A DNA stretch of 64,000 bases from Octopus vulgaris (GCA_951406725.2 OX597816.1:45632001-45696000), one strand, 5' to 3'; counted from the first letter of the stretch, positions 39,225 through 53,304 are shown. Translations and numbers: made by a program. Notes: generated by a model not told the origin, from the letters alone.

Positions 39225-39419
39225 CTTGTAGCTTTGAGATTTCAGTGATGTGATTGTTTAGTTTTAGAATGGCATTGTAAGGTAAGCGTGAAATGCTGGA
39301 TTCATTCAGTTTAAATGTAAAACGGGTAGAATATTTTGGGCTGGATATGGCCGGTTTAAATGCTCAAAGGTGAAGCCCAGAAATCTCATGTTAGTTACAT
39401 ATGTTACAACAATGTGTTT

Positions 39420-39620
39420 CAGTTTATTTTGGCTGTAAAATCCTACTTGCTCACATACTTCAGCTTCAGTTAAAGCTGCCCATGCTAGGATCAAATGGAT
39501 TGCTGTTTCCTCCTGCTCCCCACAGATGTTAAACACTTGTTTCAAGGTAAATGCTTCTTAACATGAATTATTATTGCATTCTGTTCTATTTTGGCCTAGC
39601 TGCCATAAACATTGCCTAAA
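39420..39620 (-). pseudogene. Relic of an R4/Dong-type (REL-endonuclease) LINE CCHC region
   Basis: xNICGEQEETAIHLILAWAALTEAE resembles C-x2-C-x3-ET-x2-H-x4-C-x2-L; upstream AMFMAA...NAI. Confidence 0.55.
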
Positions 39621-42368
39621 ATGTTCATTTCATTGTAGATATCTAAATTTTATTTCCTATATGAGACAGAAGCAAAAAAAAACCCAGCCTATTAAATAAT
39701 AGTATGGTCAGCAGGTTGAACGATTACACTTGTACAGTCATTTGTTTATATGTCCTAGTTTTTTTATGCAAGTATGGACTACATAAATATATTATCGAGG
39801 CATCGTTTTAAAACTGGATACCCTTCCTGATGATAACCCCTATCTGTTTTTCAAGTGAAGGATATCAAATTCTACACGTGCTCGAAGATGCAAAGCCAGT
39901 AGATAACCAACTGACAGGGAAATGACAACAATGACCCCAGCCATCACAAAGCAATTTTAGGGGACACGCAAATAATAACAAACACACAGATGCACATGCA
40001 TCACATATAAACCTTACATATCTTACATAAAATCAAAAATTAGTTCATGGAAAGTGATTTTTTGGGGGGAGATATGGCAGTTAACTTTTGCAGGATAAGC
40101 AATTTCATAAATACTTCTGTATTAAGGGCAAAGTTAGTGGTGATGAAGGTGGAAGAGTTAAGTAAAGAGAAGAGCAAGGAAGAAACAGCTGGATGCGTAG
40201 GAGACTAATGAAGAGATGTAAAAGGAGAGTAGTGAGAAGGGAAGTAAACAATGAAAAATAAACAACTTTCTTGTATTGGATACATACACAAACTAAGAAG
40301 AACGGTGGAAGTCAAAATGACATCTATCACAGACAAAAATTTCAGCAGAAGAATCCACACAACATAGAAGGTGTGTGTGTGTGTGGCTACTTTTAGATAA
40401 AATAAAGTATTCCAACTATATGATGAAAATAGGAAAAGCTCTTTAATAAAAACAAGGGAAGCTTTTGAAATGTGTGATAAAAAAAAAAGTTAATGTGTGT
40501 GTTGTGCATGCACCTTTTGAGAGAGAGATACACAGAGAGAGAGAAGAGAGCATGTCACCATGCTCAAATAGTACAGTCAGTCTGTCTTTGTAAGCCATTG
40601 CAATATTTTCCAACATATGTGTGCAAACACACCATTTCAAAAGATGTATACAAGTAATTACAAATGCATACTCCTTTGAGAGAATGTGCATGTTGCTGGG
40701 TACTTGCACATGAATGATGCATGTGTGTATGTATACAGATCTACGTTTGGGTGCTTTTTAAATATTTTGAATGCATTAATCCAAAGTGAAATTATACACC
40801 CACATGTATGTGAATGATGCATTTACTGCAGGTATGTGCATTTGCATTGCACACATACATACCCTTCATGTATACTGAATGACTGCTGGGTAGGTAGGAA
40901 ATTACAAACTGCACCACAAAGCCTATATATGTGTGTTTGGTGCACAACACGCAATGAGAAATCCCGAAAGTTAACCAAGAAAATACGTTACACTTGAAGG
41001 AGACAAAAATATAATAATATAGAGAACAGCAATATAACAAATAATAAGACATGAATAGCTACAAATTTTGAATACTATAAAATAAAATGATAGACATCAA
41101 TATAAAATATAATATGAAGATAAGAATAAAAAATATAAAATAATACAAAATTCAACGCAGAATACAATAAATTGAAATACAAAGTAGAATACAATAAAAC
41201 AAAATTGGAATATGGTAAAATAAATAGGATATGAGCAGAGGAAATGAAATAAACAAAGTCGGTGAATATGATTTAAGAAACAAACAATTCTTTGTTTTCA
41301 AATGTTGTATTCTCTTGCATATTGTTATAATGACTTGTGAGTGTGTTTGTGTAAGATAGGAGGGATATTATCTGACAAAGCAGAAATGGTAATCTCCAGC
41401 AGAGAACAGCAAGAACAAGAATACTGCAAGATAGCTTAAAGAAAATAATTAAAAAGTCAAATTCTTCAGTAAATGAAAAGTCGCTGAATTAAGGTCAAAC
41501 ATCTTTGTTTATATTTATTTCATGTCGCAGTTGATGAATAACAGCTTTGTTAGTTTCCAGCGAACCAACCACTGGTTCATTGCATTTCTGATGGTGAGAG
41601 TGACAAAAGAGTGTCTGCAATTCACTGCAGAACAAATATCACAAAGAACTGTTTCAACAGCACCAGTTTTTTTAGTATTTTTGGTGATGCATGCATCCAT
41701 CGATCCATCCATCCTTCACCAGCAACGTTGCCTCCAATTTTTTTTTTTTATGTATGTGTGCACAAAGGTTTGCTTGTGTGCAAAATATATTTTTCTTTGC
41801 AAAATATGTATGCATCCGTGTAAGTAACCATCTTCAATTAAAAAAAATTTGGTTTCATCATATAAAAACCTTGTTTGTCTGTGCCAATTTTTGCCTGTGT
41901 CTTCCAATTTTTGTGTTTATCTACAATTTGTATAAGGTGTGTACGTGCACAATTGCACAGCTTAGCAGGATAACTATTCACCAGCATACATTAGTGAAAA
42001 ATAAACATGTATATATGGGGTGTAGTTATGTGATATAAAACACTTGCTTCTCAACCACATGGTCCCAGGTTCAGTCCCACTGCATAGCACCTTGGTCAAG
42101 TGTCTTCAGGTCAAGCCTCAGGTCGATCAAAGCCTTGTCAGTGGATTTGGCATATGGAAACTGAAAGAAGCCCGCCATGTATGTGTGTGTGTGTGTGTGT
42201 GTGTGTCTTTGTGTTTGTGCTTGCCCCCTACTTTCATCGAAGCAATGAAAATATTTTGGCAAATTAAATTTAAATGTTGAAGTGAATCTAACGGCTTTTC
42301 TGTGTTTCTTAAATGGCTTATAAACACCTTCCATGCTGCAATTGTTTTATTATTATTATTATTATTAT

Positions 42369-43125
42369 TAAGGTGGCAAGCTGGCTGAATCATTAGCACA
42401 CCGGGTGAAATGCTTAGCAGTATTTCATCTGCTACTACGTCCTGAATTCAAATTCTGCCGAGGTTGACTTTGCCTTTCATCCTTTCAAGGTCAATTAAAT
42501 AAGTACCAGTTACGCACTGGGGTCAATGCAATCGATTTACACCTTCTCACCAAATTTCAGGCCTTGTGCTTATAGTAGTAAGGATTATCATCATCATTAC
42601 CATCTAAAACTGTTTGATTCAGATCCATGTGATTTTTAAAGTTTCATGGGCCCATTTCTTTCAGGTTTAGATTAACTAAGAGACAGGTTTCTGTTAGAGG
42701 CCCATGAAACTTTAAGTCATATGGAGTCCAATCAAACTGTTTTGTCTGCAGTATTTCGTCTGCTGCTACGTTCTGAGTTCAAATTCCACCGAGGTTGACT
42801 CTGCCTTTCATCCTTTCGGGATCGATTAAATAAGTACTAGTTACGCACTGGGGTCGATATAATCAACTTAATCTGTTTGTCTGTCCTTGTTTGTCCCCTC
42901 TGTGTAGCCCCTTATGGGTAATAAAGAAATAAGTATCATTGGCATGCCAGGAAATGCTTAATAGTATTTTGTCCATTTTTATGTTCTCAGTTCAAATTCT
43001 ACCGAGGTCAACTTTGCTTTCCACCTTTTCAGGGTTGATAAAATAAGTACAAATTGAGCATTGAAGCTGACATAATCAACAAAACCTATCCCGTGAACTT
43101 ATTGGCCTTGTGTGAAAATGTAAAA
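42369..43125 (+). mobile_element. Three tandem family C SINE copies with an inverted-repeat insert at 42606-42741
   Basis: Repeated gttcaaattctgccgaggttgactttgcctttcatcc. Confidence 0.8.
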
Positions 43126-44942
43126 CCAATATTTCAGCAAAATTATTCACAACAATATGTGTAGCAGGTCTACACTTTGATTTGAACCTGCGACTTATTT
43201 TTCATTGGGAAATTCTTTGGAAGCAACAAGAATTTTGGCAGAATGAGTAATCATATCAGTAAAATTCTAGCCAATAAAAGCATATGCAAATAACTACCAG
43301 ATTTGAGTTATGATGTCACCACAGATCTGTCCAATCAGATATAAAGAGAAAGGCAGAGAACAGCAGATGGGTACAGCCAAGCATTATTTTAAGCAATGTT
43401 CAAATTCACCTGTTATTTGACAACCAAAATAGTCAACATAAAGAGTCAGCAACAAAAATGACTGAAACTGCTACTAACTCAAGAAATATATTACAGCAGA
43501 GGACACTTGCATTCATTCACTCACGCATCCACACATATCTATAGAACCTGTTCGACCAAGCCTCTCCATGAAAAGAACATTCTGTCATTCCTACACTGGA
43601 CTGGTTATTCCAATACAATCTCTCAAAAACATGATGAATTGAAAACAAAAGACTTCTCTCATCCATACACATCTTATTGCAACCCTGGTTTAACATCAAA
43701 TACAAAGAGATTTGATAGGTTGCCAGATGCAAAAAACTTTGGAAATGAATCACATATTCAACTATTCATGTATAAGAGAACATTTTAGGCTTTTTTCTTC
43801 TTTTTTTTTTATAGCTTTAGTATCATATGTACAAACTACACATAACAAAGACATCAGCTATTGCGAATGAAAATTTTGTGTTGGTGAATAAATTAATGTT
43901 GCTCTTTACATTCCCTCTCCATGTCTCCTCCCACTCACCATCACATCATTCTTTTTTGAAAAAAATTCAAACATACACAAGTACACATCAAGTTTTATGA
44001 TACATAATTGAATACTACCAACATCAGTTGGTGTCTATATAATTCCTGCTTGATACGAATATATCCAAAGAAAAGATGTAATAAAATTGCTCTTTTACAA
44101 AAATTCTTAAGCAAACTGCTTTCAGTATGAAAACAGAAATATATGAGAGAACTTATAATGAACATTATTTTGCATGCTTATTTAGCCAGTAACTGAAACA
44201 AATAATAAAAGTAATATGTATTTAATAATTAAAATATTAACAAAGTACTCTTTCACCACATATTTTGAATAAAATATTTTCAGAAAACCCATATAAACAA
44301 AAGGATTTCTTATAATGAGAATTATCTACCCTTTCTTTCACTTCTATTTTGAAAACAGTTTTGCAGGTAGAATCTGTAATAGCATTGTTCAAAGATTTGG
44401 TTGAGCACTGTAAACTCATGGTTAGTTCTCAATGAACAGAGTTTATAACAAGTCTTATAATTCGTGGTTGCAGCCATCTGCATCTCACTAAATGATCGCC
44501 AATAGGCCAACAAAGGAACTTCAACTGTTAGCAATAGCAGTTGAATAGTCTTTCAAATTACAACATACTACCTCCAAAGAAAAAGGGGGATGCTAGTTAA
44601 TGTGATATTGGATGTAAAATATTTGAAGAAAGAAAAGAATGGGGGGGGCTGTACAGCTTTTATGGCTATTTAATCAAGGTTGATCTGAGGTTCGACAGCA
44701 ACCAGTAAGCTGTGGTGTCATAAAACTCTGCTACAGCAACAAAGACAGTACTCAAGCTTGACAAAAAAAATTCGGTCATTCGGTCATTTGTGTTATGTTT
44801 ATCTATCTATCTATTTTAGGATGAGATGATGAAGTATATTTACATATTACTGTTTTAAAACAGATGCTGCTAACCCCTTACCTATTTTTCAAGAAAGTAG
44901 TAGTAGTAGTAGTAGTTGTTGCTGTTGTTGGTGGTGGTGGTG

Positions 44943-44981
<39 letters not shown>

Positions 44982-44984
<3 letters not shown>

Positions 44985-45430
44985 AGGTGGTGAGCTGGCA
45001 GAGCCATTACCATATCTGGCAAAATGCAAAGCAGCGTTTTGTCAGTCTTCATGCTCTGAGTTCAAATTTTGTGAAGGTTTTTGTTTTTTGTTTCCTTCCG
45101 GCCTTTTGGTTAATAAAATATGTGCCAGATGAGCACTAGGGTTGATGTACTCAACTTAACCTCTCCTCTGAATTTGCTGGCATTGTGCCAAAATCTGAGA
45201 GCTCTTATTATTAAGATGGTTAGCAGACAAAACCGTTAGCATGCTGGGTAAAATGCTGCTAAGCATTTTGTCAGTCTTTGCATTCTGAGTTCAAATTCCA
45301 TCGAAGTCAACTTTGTCTTTCATTCTTACAGCATCAATGAAGCAAATACAAGTTGTACACTGGGGCCAATGTAATCAAAAAGCCCCTTCTCCATAGAGTT
45401 CAGGTCTTGTACCAATGGTAAAAAGTATTA
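44982..45430 (+). mobile_element. Two diverged family C SINE copies after an (ATT)n tract
   Basis: Consensus match to family C. Confidence 0.7.
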
Positions 45431-45436
45431 TTATCA

Positions 45437-45787
45437 TTATTACCTCCGCCTTAGCAAAGGTGGAGGTATTGTTTTCATTAGTATTTGTTTGTTTGTCCGT
45501 AGACAAGGTATCTCAAGAATTGCTGGATGGATTCGGATGAAACGTTCAGGGATGTTTGGCATTGTGACTGGCACAAATGGATTAGATTTTGGGATCGATC
45601 AGGTCCCGGAAAAGGATTCTGCATTATTTTTCCTGTCTTTTTACTTAATTTTTGAGAGTAGTATTCATGTTTGTGATAGCAGTCGAGTTTAGTTCAGATA
45701 TTCTCATTTTAAAAATCAATCTGGCTAATCATTGAGAGGACATTGGTGTTGCCTTGGTGGAGATTTGCACTCTCTGAGTGCTTTTGT
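45437..45787 (+). mobile_element. Helentron/HINE-like non-autonomous element
   Basis: 5' tattacctccgccttagcaaaggtggaggta hairpin, (TTTG)n, 3' ggtggag subTIR plus gcactctctgagtgc hairpin before a T-run. Confidence 0.7.
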
Positions 45788-46639
45788 TATTATTATTGAA
45801 TAAAGAGAGCAATGCATGCCATCAAAGTGACACTGAGGAACAAATGTACGAAGTCTAATATACCCATAATAACTATCTGCCTGATAAGGGTACATGCATC
45901 ACAACTATAGGTGCATGACATGGTGATCTCATATTGAGATAAATAACACATGGGGTGCAGGTGGGGCCCACTTTGAATTTTCTTGAGGTCAAGTAACCCA
46001 CTTCACTCAAAAGGTCCCTGTTTAAGGATAAATGAATTATTATAATTATTATTATTATTATCTGAAAACAGCTAATGACTGATTTGTTGACAGGGTAAAA
46101 CAACAAAACAATCTTCACTGTTTGGTGCTCAGCACTTTTTATTCGGACACACACACAGACATACATACATACATACAGACATTTTCACAGTAAAGAGCAA
46201 GAGAAAGTATTTGCTGCTAAGAGTATACTGCTATTATAAAATGAATTATGCTGATAATAGAGGCACAACTAATGAGTAACAATAACTGGACGGAACAAGT
46301 GACTAACATGTAAATATTGTTGTAACAAGATTAACCAAAAGATAGCAAAAATATATTAAAACCAGCTAATCACAACAACAAACAAAACAGATAAGATACC
46401 AATAAGAACTACTACTGTCAGTAATAGCCCACCCTAACAGCTGACTGACTTATTGCTAAAAGTGAAATGCAAGCTAACATAAATAATGTAATAGTTGAAA
46501 AAAAATTTTTTAATCGCTTGAAATTACATCAGTAATGAAGACAAAGGTGAGCATTAATGAAAACTTTTCTTGAGAGAGGGAAGGGAAAAAACTCTGAAAT
46601 TTACATCAAACATTGAGAAGACCCAGCAAGACAAGTGGG

Positions 46640-47113
46640 ACCATAACCTTTTGACCTAAGCGTACCTTCCCTTCATCGGACACTGCTTGCGAAGACCTGT
46701 TGAGGCAAGTGAAATCGGAATCAAAATCAAATTCGATGACTGGCATCCGTGCTAGTGGGGCACTAAGAGCAACATCCGAGCCTGATCATTGCCAGAGTGG
46801 CTAACTGGCATTCATGCCGGCGGCACATAAAAAGCACCATTCAAGAGTGATCGTTACCAGCATTGCCTTACTGGCACTTGTGCCGGTGTGCAGGTGACAG
46901 GGGGGGGACACGATTTTTCCGTGGCCATTGCCAGTGGCACGTAAATGCACCCACTACACTCTCGGAGTGATTGGCATTAGGAAGGGCATCCAGCTGTAGA
47001 AACTGCCAGATCAAGATTGGAGCCTGGTGCAGCCATCTGGTTCGCCAGTCCTCAGTCAAATCGTCCAACCCATGCTAGCATGGAAAGCGGACGTTAAACG
47101 ATGATGATGATGA
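46640..47113 (+). mobile_element. Family A SINE, longest copy in the window
   Basis: Extends further 5' than the other copies; ends ggacgttaaacgatgatgatgatga. Confidence 0.85.
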
Positions 47114-47706
47114 TTGATACCATAAGAATTTATAAACTTTTGAGAGAACGTGAAATAATTCTTTTTCTGAACTGAATCTCAAAGCATACCTAAAGCTATA
47201 AATAATAACATGTAAATATTGGGCAATGTAAATATCAGACAGGTTGTCATGATGGATATATTGGGCTTCATATATTTCTGTCCGAATGTCACTTTGATGG
47301 TATGTGCTGCTCTCTCAATAATAATGATAATATTTTCTAATATTTTCTAAGGTGCAAGGCTTGAAATTTTTGGAAAGGGGGCTAGTTGAATGCACTGACC
47401 CCAGTGCTCAACTGGTACCTATTTTATCTAACTTGAAAGGATGAAAGGCAAACTTGAACTTGGCAGAATTTGAACTCAGAATGTAATAATAATTTCTTTT
47501 TATACTTTTTAATTGTCTCAGTGATTTTGACTGTGGTCATGCTGGAGCACTGCCTTTTAGTCAAAGAAATTGACTCCTGGACTTATTCTTCGTAAGCCTG
47601 GTAATTATTCAATCAGTCTCTTTTTGCCAAACCACTAGGTTAGAGGGACATAAACACACCAACATTGGTTATGAGGCGATGGTGGTGTTGGGCAAACAGA
47701 CAGACA

Positions 47707-47743
<37 letters not shown>

Positions 47744-47757
47744 CACACACACACACA

Positions 47758-47975
47758 CTGGAGTAAACACATAAATGTGAAACAAGGTGGAAAAAAGAGT
47801 ACTCAAATACCAGAAGTAGAGTAATATGCTTTATTTAGCAGAAATTTAACAAAAGCTGTTACTCGGAGTTTCACGTTCCTGTTTGTCGGACAGTTTTTTT
47901 AAACAAAACTGTCCGACGAACGGGAACGTGAAACTCCGAGTAACATCTTTTATTAAATTTCTACTGCTTTTAAAT

Positions 47976-47980
<5 letters not shown>
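47758..47980. mobile_element. Palindromic Penelope-like remnant with two inverted minimal hammerhead-like motifs
   Basis: Inverted arms 47829-47897 / 47905-47978; homologous to 30281-30460 in the opposite orientation; flanked by (TA)n. Confidence 0.7.
47905..47951 (+). ncRNA. Minimal type I hammerhead ribozyme-like motif (core variant CCGACGA)
   Basis: aaaactgt-CCGACGA-acg(ggaa)cgt-GAAAC-tccga-GUA-acatctttt; the mirror copy on the minus strand (47897-47851) restores stem I ctgt/acag. Confidence 0.6.
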
Positions 47981-48048
<68 letters not shown>

Positions 48049-49345
48049 GACAGGCTTCTTTGAGTTTCTGTCTACCAAATCCACTTTGGTCAGCCTGAGG
48101 CTATAGTAGAAGACACTTGCCCAAGGTGCCACGCAGTGGGACTGAACCCAGAACCATGTGATTGGAAAGCAAACTTCTTATCACACTGCCAATCCTTTCT
48201 ATTACAGGCACAAGGCCTGAAATTTTGAGGGAGGGAATTAGTTGGTTATATGAACATCAGTGCTCAATCCTGAAAGGGCGAAAGGCACAAATCGACCCCA
48301 GTAGAATTTGAACTCTGAATGTAAAGATGGAAAAAAGGCCACTAACCATTTTGTCTAGCATGCTAATGATTTGTTATGATGATAATTATAATTTTTATAA
48401 TAGACACAGGGCCTCATGCAAATTTAATACAGAGGGCAAGGGAGGACTGTCCTCAAATCAAAACCTATCTCTCAATTTGCTAGAAACAATAGCCAAATCT
48501 CTCTTAAATTGCACCTTACTTGTCAAAAATATGAATGATGTAGTACTTGATTCTCAACCAGGGTCCATATAACCCTTAGAAGTGGGGGAGGGGTCCCATA
48601 TAAGATTTTGTTGCAAAAATTTACATGCAATTTGTAAGCACAAAATATTTTCACAATTTTTTTTTAATAAAATCCCTAATAATATTTAATTCTAAACATA
48701 TAATAGGACATTTTTTTAAAACACTGAATTACCTATGAGGGTCCAACTGAGCAAATATAAGAATCAAAAGGGGATCCATAGGTGAAAAAAAAAAAAAGGA
48801 GGAAAAACAATGGTTGAGAACTGTTGATTTAGATAGGAATGATCATAAGACCAAAGAAAAACAAACATGCCCCACCGCAACCAACACCACTACAAACAAC
48901 AATATAACAGACAGCAATAGGATAATTCCAGAAAGCGGCAATAATAAAACTTGTATTTAACCAAATAATCCCATTGATTTCCTGTGTCGTCATAGCACCC
49001 AAACGTCTTTCTTTATACCTATAATGACTACTACTACTACTAGTGCAAATCGACAAAGGAGCCTCTATGTGGCCACTCAATTTGCTAGAAATGACAGCCA
49101 AATCTGTCCCAAATCACACTGTACTGTGTTTCAAAATTTTTAAAAAAACAGAAAAAGGAAAAAGAAACAGGTCAAATATTTTCATGTAACACTGAATAAA
49201 TAAGAGATATAGGATAGTCACGACTGGAAGATTTTTTTGATCATAAGTCAGCTCAACCGCTGCTGGCCTGGGGCTAAATAGCAACATCTAAAATTCAGTC
49301 GCAGAAGAAAAACACATACACACAATCACACAACTCAATACAGCT

Positions 49346-49384
<39 letters not shown>

Positions 49385-50045
49385 CAATTTAGCTCACATA
49401 TTCACTCTCTCTTTCTCTCTCTCTCTAACACACACATTTCAATTTAGCTCACATACTATCTCTCTCTCACACACACACACACACACTATGATCTATCACA
49501 CAACACACACGCACACACTATGATCTATCACACAACACACACACACACACACACTATTATCTATCACACAACACAACACTTCAACAGTGTTTGGACTTTT
49601 CTAAGCAATTTAGCTTTAGCCTGTTACCATAGAAACTGGGCTAAATTTAGAATTGGTTTTTCACTGAGACTCCACCTCCTCCTCTCGCCCCCCCCTTCTC
49701 TCTCATTGGCACATTCTCGTCATCTAATTGATAGGAAGGAAATAAACCAACAGCATGGCACTGCAGCACAACATTTTTCACAATACCACCAGGCATGTGG
49801 CTAACAGACACAGACTGTACGTAGTACAATACTACACAATTAGTTTAAATTGTTGTCAAACGATGTGCTTGTATGAGAGAGTTTGTGTGTGTGAGAGAGA
49901 GAGAGAAAGAGAGAGGGAAGGAGGAAGAGTGGTGGCGTACACTCTCGTAGCATATGTTTTGAGAGTGTGTATGTCTGAGAAAGGAGAGAGAGAGAGCATT
50001 TCTGAGTGAGTGAAAGTGATGGAGTGCACTCTTATAGCATGTTTT

Positions 50046-50080
<35 letters not shown>

Positions 50081-50393
50081 TGAGAAAGAGACAGAGAGAA
50101 AGAAAGAGAGGGAGCATTTATGAGTGAGTGAGTGAGTGAGTGAGCGGATGAGTAAGTGGTTGGGTGCACTCATTCTCTTGTGTCTGCATGCACGTGTGCA
50201 AGCGTGTGTGTGTGCATGAATTTTTAATATTACACGCATATATTTATGCATATACTAGTACTATAAATAATAGATGCTTGATAAGCCTACAAGCTTAGAT
50301 ACACAATGATACATACAACTATACATACATATTTATATATATAAACACAGACATGCAGGCAAATATGTATATATATATATATATATTTATGTA

Positions 50394-50540
50394 TCACCAT
50401 CGTTTAACGTCTGTTTTCCATGCTAGCATGGGTTGGACTGTTTGACCAGGGTCTGGGAAGCCAGGAGGCTGCACCAGGCTCCAGTCTGATCTGGCAGTGT
50501 TTCTACAGCTGGATGCCCTTCCTAACGCCAACCATTCCGT
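50394..50540 (-). mobile_element. Family A SINE, 3' fragment
   Basis: catcgtttaacgtctgttttccatgctagcatgggttggac. Confidence 0.8.
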
Positions 50541-50626
50541 CTGTGTGTGTGTGTGTGTGTGTGTGTATGCACACCTATAAACACATGCATGCATGCATAA
50601 GCACAACAACAAACATATGTGCACAT

Positions 50627-50666
<40 letters not shown>

Positions 50667-51647
50667 TATTTTGATAATATAATTATTTTAGACAAGGCCT
50701 CAATAAAATTGAATACAGAAAGGGTAAACTGTCCTAGGACCGAAAACCCAGATTGAAAGGCAACACACACCCACAGCAAATATGGGAGACAATTCTAGAC
50801 ATGTTGCAGTCTTATTTAGACATCATCAGTAAAGCATAGACCTCATATGCACATATATGCATACATACATACATATATATTTTTTTTTGTCAACAAAGCT
50901 AGGAAACAATCACTAAATAAATGTATGATATTTATAAATTGGTACAAGCGAAAACTAATTACTCAGAGACACCATACGCATAAAAAAAGACCAAAAGAAG
51001 TGATAATTAATGCAGTGATATATTACTGAGAAGGTCTAGTACTAAAACATGTTTGGATTATCTGCCATATTTGCTGGGGTTATTTAAATAACATTAATGA
51101 TGCCTTGTGAATATATTTGTTCTCATTCTGAATTCTTAATGCATAGACATACACATATATTTTGTATATATATATATATATATTATGGACTCTCATATCG
51201 TTAGAGGGTTCTACATGTTCATGCTGAACAACTACACAGAGGATTTGTTTTATAGTGACCAAATGTTTGTGTATATATAAGCTCACTCTTTTCCTCAAAT
51301 CAACATAACCTGTACAGGTACACGACACAGAGCAACATGAAATGAAGTGTTTTGCTCAAGAACACAACGCGTCATCCAGTCCAGGAATCAAAACCACAAT
51401 CTTGCACATCCTAACCACTAAACCATGTGCCTTCACACACACACACATATATATGCCTTAAACATTTAAACCAGCCATATCCGGCCCAAATAAGCTACTT
51501 GTTTTATGTTCTCGCCAGCCAGATGCAACCTATCACAGCTACCCTTCAATGTCATTCTAAAAATATACAATCATCATCATCATCAAATTTTCAAAGCTAT
51601 GAGATAATGCATGATTAATTAAATACAAGGTAAGCGAAAAAGCATTA

Positions 51648-51886
51648 CATCATCATCATTTAGCATCCGCTTTCCATGCTAGCATGGGTTGGACGGTTCA
51701 GCTGGGTTCTGGGAAGCTAGAAGGATGCACCAGGCCCAGTCTGATCTGGCAGTGTTTCTACGGCTGGATGCCCTTCCTAATGCCAACCACTCCGTGAGTG
51801 TAGTGGGTGCTTTTTACGTTCCACCGGCACAGGTGCCAGACGGGGCTGGCAAATGGCCACGGTCGGATGGTGCCTTTTACGTGCCA
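51648..51886 (-). mobile_element. Family A SINE inserted in a piggyBac-type MITE (MITE starts ~51460)
   Basis: The MITE sequence aagcattacat...ttgacaaaataatctgaatgctaaa is split by the SINE. Confidence 0.8.
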
Positions 51887-53304
51887 CATTTGACAAAATA
51901 ATCTGAATGCTAAATGTTTCACACAGTGGGACTGAACTCACGACCATCTGATCAGGAAGCAAGCTACTCAAGCATACAGCTACACCTGCACACACACACA
52001 CACACTTACAAAGGTATCTGAACAATATATGTATACAAAATCACATAAATTTGGTCAACTTAAAGCTATGACAAAAGAGATTTGTCAAAAGGTATAAAGG
52101 TACTGCTTAGTTGCCAAATGAATTTCTTAACACCCAGAGCCAAGCTCATGACCATTATCAAGAAAACTAGACAGATACCAAGCTGCCAAAATGAATAACA
52201 TCAATTATAAGGATAATTGTTTACCGTCATCATTAATACACTATTGATTATCAGGAATATTAAGTATTTTAGCAGTCTCCAAAATAATTAACAATCATTA
52301 ATTATTAGGTCAATTGTAAATGCTAATAAACAATAAGTAATTTTAAATAGTAGCAATTAACCCGGGTGAAACTTGAACTCTTGCACAGCACACAACAATG
52401 TCTTCATAAATGAATAGGGTGATTATTGGTAGCTGTGGCAGCATTAGTAGTGATGCTGCTGAAACAGACAAAATTGGTTCTACAAAAATTTCACTGGCAT
52501 AATGCAAATTTATATGCTGTATACAAAATATTGAAAATCTTTGCAAAATCTTGGTGTCTAAATTCATCAATTGAAAAGAGATAAACCTATCTATAGAAGC
52601 TGACATCAAATGTATGTGTGTGTGTTTAACATCAACAAGAATGGAAAACATCACATCTTTATGGGAGGATTACATCATATAAGACCAATGATCAGAGACA
52701 TTACTGTGGATGTTAATTCTATTTGGATCTATTGGTATCTGATTGCTTGATGCAGTTAACCGACTTTGCTCAACCACTGAGTGCTTACAAGATATCTGAC
52801 TGAATTTATTCAGCCCTCTTCCCTGATGTTTCGCATGTGCATGTGGGGTGTGTTTCATGTTTGCTTTCATATTATAATAAAAACAATTTTGCATTAAATT
52901 GAAGCATTACTCAATACATTTGGTAACGGTACAAATTTATTACTTTAACAAGAATAATATTGACAGTGACTTCAAAGTGAGTGCGTGTACACAAACACAT
53001 ACAGGCACAGGTAAGGCTGTGCATGTAGGAAGTTTCCTTCATACTCATATGGTTTCAAGTTCAGCCCCATTGTGCAGCAACATAGGCAAATGCTTTCTAG
53101 TATAACTTTGGGTCAACCAAAGCTTTGAGAGTTTTTGGTAGGTGGAAGTTCCAACTGTGTGTGCATGTGTGTGTGAAAGTGCTTATGCCTCCTTTGACTT
53201 ATATATATATATATATATATATTGTATATATATACATATGTGTGTGTGTGTATATATATATGTATATATGTGTGTGTGTGTGTGTGTGTGTATTTATATA
53301 TCCA

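Larger units (their letters stand above)
47505..48195 (-). mobile_element. Family B SINE interrupted in its microsatellite by the palindromic element at 47758-47980
   Basis: The two halves of the family B consensus lie on either side of the (TA)n/(CA)n tracts. Confidence 0.8.
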
